64,000 bases of DNA from Pseudomonadota bacterium (GTDB taxonomy: Bacteria > Pseudomonadota > Alphaproteobacteria > Sphingomonadales > Sphingomonadaceae), in NCBI GenBank assembly GCA_040390365.1, contig JAZJYM010000001.1, positions 1,291 through 65,290 on the forward strand. The letters run 5' to 3'. The notes beneath the pieces are model-generated. The model searched no databases, was not told where the DNA came from, and saw only the letters and a list, made by a program, of their open reading frames with translations. Of the stretch, positions 59,358 through 64,000 are shown in pieces. How positions within the stretch are numbered: position 1 is the first letter of the stretch; every line of letters begins with the position of its first letter. The position numbers and the translations under genes were made by a program.

Positions 59358-59860
59358 GCGCCGCGAAACGGGAACTCGGCAAGCCGCCGCCACGGGCCGC
59401 CGAGATATTCGTGAAGCCCAAGACCAATAATCACCAGCGGCCGCGGACTGAACTCGGCGCCAAGCGCCGACATCAACGCCTTCGATTGTTTTTCCGGCAC
59501 CTTGTTCTGAATCGTGACGTGAGGGCGCCAACCGCCTGAATCCTGAGCGCTGAGCAGTCCCGCCAGCCCCGCTGCAAGCTCATCCCGGATCGCGTCGAGC
59601 GGGTCGGAAACCACGCGATAAGCTACGCCGCCGCCGAGGTTCATCAGCCCTGCAATCAACGCTTTGGGCCGCGGTGCCTTGCTAGCTTGGCTCAGTCGCT
59701 GGCGAAGCTCATGCTCGGCGGACGGCGGGATCGCGTGGAACATGGTGAGATGCGCGGCGAGCTGGTTTCGCTCGGGCGGAAAATGCGCCCGGCGCATGCG
59801 GTCGAGCCACGACTGATCCTCTCCCCCCAGTTCGGCCGTAACGATGAGCGCGCCGGACAT
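59354..59860 (-). CDS. 2H phosphoesterase (2'-5' RNA ligase family)
   Basis: Two HxT motifs: AHLTMFH and PHVTIQ. Confidence 0.9.
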   Translation of the reverse strand: MSGALIVTAELGGEDQSWLDRMRRAHFPPERNQLAAHLTMFHAIPPSAEHELRQRLSQASKAPRPKALIAGLMNLGGGVAYRVVSDPLDAIRDELAAGLAGLLSAQDSGGWRPHVTIQNKVPEKQSKALMSALGAEFSPRPLVIIGLGLHEYLGGPWRRLAEFPFRGA

Positions 59861-59870
59861 GCGCCGCGGA

Positions 59871-61811
59871 TCAGATTTCGACCTGGCTGCCGAGTTCGAC
59901 GACGCGGTTGGTCGGGAGCTTGAAGAATTCCATCGCACTTTCCGCGTTGCGCAGCATCCACGCGAACAATTTCTCGCGCCAGATCGCCATTCCCGGCCGC
60001 GACGAGGCGAGCAAGGTCTGGCGGGCGAGGAAGAAGCTGGTGTCCATCGTCCGGCAGGTTGCACCGCAGCTCTTCAACTGGGCAAGCGCCACCGGAACGT
60101 CGATTTCCTCCATGAAGCCATAGCGCAGGATGACCCGATAAAAGCCTTCGGAATAATCCTGTTCTTCGCTGCGCTTGTCTTCGGCAACATAAGGCACGTC
60201 CTCGACCCGGACGGTGAGCAGGATGACCCGTTCGTGAAGCACCTTATTGTGCTTGAGGTTGTGGAGCAGCGCATGGGGAACGCCGCTTGCGGAGCTGGTC
60301 ATGAATACCGCGGTGCCGGCCACGCGCGCTGCGCTTGGCGCCGCCGACTTGATGAAGATTTCCATCGGCAGGCTGGCTTCGTTCATGCGGTCGATCATCA
60401 GTTTGCGGCCCTTCGCCCAGGTCGTGAGGAAGGTGAAGGCGATCGCTCCGATCAGCAGCGGGAACCAGCCGCCGTCGGGGATCTTGAGCATGTTCGCCGT
60501 CAAATACGTGAAATCGACCGTGAAGAAGAGGGCAAGCAGGCCGGCTACGACATATTTGTTCCAGTTCCACATGTGCCTGAGGACGACCGATATCAGAACG
60601 GTGTCGATGATCATCGCGCCGGTCACCGCAATGCCATAGGCCGCCGCCAGATTGGACGAGGTGCGGAACGTCAGGACGAGGATGATGACCATCGTCAGAA
60701 GCGCCCAGTTGATCACCGGGATGTAGATCTGGCCGGCCGCGCTTTCGCTGGTGTGGGTAATCCTGAGGCGGGGGATGAAGCCGAGCTGGATCGCCTGCTG
60801 GGTCACCGAAAAGGCACCCGAAATTACCGCCTGGCTGGCGATGATCGTGGCCATTGTAGCAAGCAGGACCAGCGGCAGACGAAACTGTTCCGGCGCAAGG
60901 TAGAAAAACGGATCCTTGACCGTCGCCAGCGCCTGTTCGGGCGTGACCGCGAGGATCATCGCGCCCTGCCCCATGTAGTTGAGCAGAAGCGCCGGCAGAA
61001 CGAAGTAAATCCACGACACCCGGATCGGCTTGCGCCCGAAATGCCCCATGTCGGCATAGAGCGCCTCGGCGCCGGTCACAGCGAGGACCACCGAACCCAT
61101 GGCGATGAACGCCTTGATCGGGTCGGCGGCGAAGAAATAGAAGGAATTGACCGGGTTGAGCATCGCCAGGACGACCGCCGGATAATCCATGATGTGCATC
61201 ACGCCGAGCACCGCGAGCACGACGAAATAAAATAGCATCACCGGTCCGAACATCTGCCCGACCTTGGCCGTCCCCCGGGCCTGGATCGCGAACAGGCCGA
61301 CCAGGATGACGATCGCGGTCGGAATGACATAGGGCTCGAACCCGGCCTCGACCGTGGTCAGACCCTCGACCGCCGACAGCACCGAAATCGCCGGGGTGAT
61401 CATCGAATCGCCGTAGAATAAGGCGGTCGCGAAGACCCCCATCAGGATGATGCTTCCGGTCCACCGCCGCTTGCCGCCAAGGCTGCGGTTGATCAATGCG
61501 AGCAGCGCCAGGCTGCCGCCTTCGCCCTTATTGTCGGCGCGCATGACGATGCTGACGTATTTCAACGTCACGATGATCATCATCGACCAGAATATCAGGC
61601 TCAGTACGCCGAAGATGTGGACCTGGTCGGGGATCAGCGTGTGATGGCCGGCGAAGGTCTCGCGAAAGGCGTAAATCGGCGACGTCCCGATATCGCCATA
61701 AACGATCCCGACCGCGGCAATCGCGAGCTTGTAGAGCGGGCCATGGGCATGGCCCTGCGCATCATGCGTGATTTCGTCGGGCGGAGCGCCCTGGGCGGCA
61801 GTTTCGTTCAT
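59871..61811 (-). CDS. kup: KUP/HAK potassium transporter
   Basis: Motifs [33 protein letters not shown] and GQIYIP. Confidence 0.97.
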   Translation of the reverse strand: MNETAAQGAPPDEITHDAQGHAHGPLYKLAIAAVGIVYGDIGTSPIYAFRETFAGHHTLIPDQVHIFGVLSLIFWSMMIIVTLKYVSIVMRADNKGEGGSLALLALINRSLGGKRRWTGSIILMGVFATALFYGDSMITPAISVLSAVEGLTTVEAGFEPYVIPTAIVILVGLFAIQARGTAKVGQMFGPVMLFYFVVLAVLGVMHIMDYPAVVLAMLNPVNSFYFFAADPIKAFIAMGSVVLAVTGAEALYADMGHFGRKPIRVSWIYFVLPALLLNYMGQGAMILAVTPEQALATVKDPFFYLAPEQFRLPLVLLATMATIIASQAVISGAFSVTQQAIQLGFIPRLRITHTSESAAGQIYIPVINWALLTMVIILVLTFRTSSNLAAAYGIAVTGAMIIDTVLISVVLRHMWNWNKYVVAGLLALFFTVDFTYLTANMLKIPDGGWFPLLIGAIAFTFLTTWAKGRKLMIDRMNEASLPMEIFIKSAAPSAARVAGTAVFMTSSASGVPHALLHNLKHNKVLHERVILLTVRVEDVPYVAEDKRSEEQDYSEGFYRVILRYGFMEEIDVPVALAQLKSCGATCRTMDTSFFLARQTLLASSRPGMAIWREKLFAWMLRNAESAMEFFKLPTNRVVELGSQVEI

Positions 61812-61988
61812 GCGTTCAAAATTCTGCCTGACAGCCTGCCGACCTGGAAATGTCTTCCCGCCAACCAGATATTGGGCCGCGGGCGGGTTCACCTAGCACC
61901 CGCGATACACCGCTGCAATCAAAGAGGACAGGCGCGAATAACGCGGCTATAGGCCCCGCCAGCCAAACATCTGTGGAGCGATTCAGCA

Positions 61989-63095
61989 ATGCGCGTCGGT
62001 GTCCCCAAGGAAATCAAGAATCACGAATATCGGGTTGGCTTGACCCCGGCCAGCGTCGCCGAACTGGTCGCCTGCGGCCATGAGGTGTTCATCGAAACCA
62101 AGGCCGGCATGGGCATCGATTTTTCCGACAAGAGTTATGAGAAGGTCGGCGCGACGATCCTTCCCACCGCTGCCGAGGTGTTCGCAAAATCGGACATGAT
62201 CGTGAAGGTCAAGGAACCGCAGCCGGACGAAATCGCGATGCTCGAGCCGCGGCATCTGCTCTTCACCTACCTCCACCTCGCCGCCGACAAGCCGCAGGCC
62301 GAAGGGCTGATGAAATCGGGCGCGACCTGCATCGCTTACGAAACCGTGACCTCCAACGGCGGCGCCTTGCCTTTGCTCAAGCCGATGAGCGAAGTCGCTG
62401 GCCGGATGAGCGTCCAGTGCGGCGCCCATTATCTCGAGAAGGAACAGGGCGGGCGCGGAGTCCTGCTCGGCGGTGTTCCGGGCGTGGCCCCGGCCAAGGT
62501 CGCCATCCTGGGCGGCGGAGTCGCCGGCATCAACGCCGCGCAAATCGCTACCGGGCAGCGTGCCGACGTCACTATTTACGACATCAACAACGACCGCCTG
62601 GCCGAACTCGACCTTCACTTCGGAAGCCAGATCAAGACCGCCTTTGCGTCGAAATCGGCGATCGCCCAGGCGATCCAGGAAGCCGAGCTGGTAATCGGCG
62701 CGGTCCTTGTGCCGGGAGCGGCGGCACCCAAGCTCGTCACCCGCGAGCAATTGAAGACGATGAAGCGCGGCAGCGTGCTGGTCGACATCGCCATCGACCA
62801 GGGCGGTTGCTTCGAAACTTCGCGCCCGACGACCCACGACGATCCGGTCTACGAAATCGACGGAGTGATCCATTATTGCGTCGCCAACATGCCCGGCGCG
62901 GTGGCCCGGACGAGCACGTTTGCGCTTAACAATGCGACGTTGCCGTTCGCGCTCAAGCTGGCCAACCTGGGCGCCGAGCGGGCGATGGCCGAGGATCCGC
63001 ACCTCGCCAACGGCCTCAATGTCTCGGGCGGCAAAATCCGCAACCTGCCGGTAGCCGAAGCGCTCGACCTGCCGTTCGAGCCAATCGCGGCCTAG
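61989..63095 (+). CDS. ald: Alanine dehydrogenase
   Basis: Motifs GVPKEIKNHEYRV, VKVKEP, YLHLAAD and YCVANMPGAV. Confidence 0.97.
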   Translation: MRVGVPKEIKNHEYRVGLTPASVAELVACGHEVFIETKAGMGIDFSDKSYEKVGATILPTAAEVFAKSDMIVKVKEPQPDEIAMLEPRHLLFTYLHLAADKPQAEGLMKSGATCIAYETVTSNGGALPLLKPMSEVAGRMSVQCGAHYLEKEQGGRGVLLGGVPGVAPAKVAILGGGVAGINAAQIATGQRADVTIYDINNDRLAELDLHFGSQIKTAFASKSAIAQAIQEAELVIGAVLVPGAAAPKLVTREQLKTMKRGSVLVDIAIDQGGCFETSRPTTHDDPVYEIDGVIHYCVANMPGAVARTSTFALNNATLPFALKLANLGAERAMAEDPHLANGLNVSGGKIRNLPVAEALDLPFEPIAA

Positions 63096-63724
63096 GGCTT
63101 AGTCGGCACCGGGCGCGCCGGTTGCGGTTGGCTGAGCGCGGCGACGCCCTGCTCGATCAATGGCCGCCAGCTGGCCTCCTTGGGCGCGGTTGCAAGAATC
63201 GACTGCCAGATGGCGACCGCCGCCTGCGGATCGCCCGAACGCGCCAGCGCGAGGCCGTAGAAGAATGGCCCGGCGGGATTGCCGGGAGCGACTTCGGCGG
63301 CCCGCTGGTAGGCATATTCCGCCGGCGGCGTGATTATATGCGCCTGGTCGACCAAGGCATTGCCAAGTCCGACCCACAATTGGGCATCGCCGGGATGACG
63401 GCCGACCGCGTTCGACAGAATGCCGACCGCGTCCGCTTGATTGCCCGAGGAGGCGAGTGCTTCCGACATTCGCATCCAGCTTTCGCCCGACGAAAAATTG
63501 CCGAAAAATTCGTGGCGAGCGGCGGTCAGCGGAAGGCTTTTTTCGGCTGTGCCGCCACCCGCCGGAGCGGCCGGAACCGACGGGTCGCCCTGAAGTGCAT
63601 AGCCGGTCGCGCCAAGCATCAGTGCCGCGGCGCTTGCGGTCCACAGCCCGCCTTTGACTCCGAGGGCGCGAAGCGCGAGCAGGCTTGCTCCGACCAATGT
63701 TGCAAGGATCAACCAGGCCATCAT
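63092..63724 (-). CDS. ccmI: Cytochrome c biogenesis TPR protein (CcmI/CycH-like)
   Basis: N-terminal TM helices, LGATGYALQG motif, TPR-like helices; overlaps the ccmH stop. Confidence 0.8.
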   Translation of the reverse strand: MMAWLILATLVGASLLALRALGVKGGLWTASAAALMLGATGYALQGDPSVPAAPAGGGTAEKSLPLTAARHEFFGNFSSGESWMRMSEALASSGNQADAVGILSNAVGRHPGDAQLWVGLGNALVDQAHIITPPAEYAYQRAAEVAPGNPAGPFFYGLALARSGDPQAAVAIWQSILATAPKEASWRPLIEQGVAALSQPQPARPVPTKP

Positions 63725-64000
63725 TTGCGCCTTCTCACCTTGACCCGCCGAACGATCAACAGCCCGCCAGCGACAAGCAAGCCGAGCGGCACCAGCCACA
63801 ATGGCAAAGCCGCGGGTTCGGTCGTCGGGCGATAGCTGATCCAGCTTCCGTAGCGGGTGATAAGCCAGGAGCGGATGTCGCTCGGGCGCTCTCCGGCGGC
63901 GATCCGCCGGCGGACGAGATCGCGCATGTCGCCGGCCAGTTCGGCATCGCTGTCGGCGATCGATTGCCCCTGGCAAACCAGGCAGCGGATCTGGCCCATC
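63721..64000 (-). CDS. ccmH: Cytochrome c-type biogenesis protein CcmH, C-terminal part (5' end outside window)
   Basis: Motifs IRCLVCQGQSIADSDAELAGDMR and RYGSWISYRP. Confidence 0.93.
   Translation of the reverse strand, partial: MGQIRCLVCQGQSIADSDAELAGDMRDLVRRRIAAGERPSDIRSWLITRYGSWISYRPTTEPAALPLWLVPLGLLVAGGLLIVRRVKVRRRK

Overview
Core chromosomal segment of a GC-rich Sphingomonadaceae alphaproteobacterium. The bamA-skp-fabZ cluster has no lpx genes, and the window contains EcfG-type promoters and several sphingomonad-style REP palindromes. About 90% is housekeeping synteny: (1) can-lipA-ratA-cinA-ispDF-dusB-ntrY-ntrX-hflX-mazG-protease-MBL-tatD-metG-holB-tmk-dacA-mltB-tRNA-Ser; (2) gcdH-lemA-DUF2207, rpmE, and a cobalamin riboswitch-btuB locus with a divergent DUF6580 transporter; (3) rpsB-tsf-pyrH-frr-uppS-cdsA-dxr-rseP-bamA-skp-fabZ; (4) psd-pssA, icd, alaS, mtgA, dnaE, proS-lolE-lolD, tRNA-Met, kup, ald, ccmH/I. 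The departures from that synteny are the most interesting part. ntrBC is absent and its position holds an AT-rich patch encoding an uncalled 54-aa secreted peptide with two C-T-x-S-G-C repeats. hfq and rlpA are absent from their usual positions. tRNA-Ser(TGA) is preceded by a tRNA-sized unit that repeats its 5' end and carries a segment antisense to the tRNA, and is followed by an orphan-gene islet. The BtuB-like receptor has no signal peptide. A terminator-bounded candidate sRNA lies between proS and tRNA-Met. No CRISPR array, rRNA, integrase or transposase was found. All family assignments come from motif recognition by eye, with no database searches.
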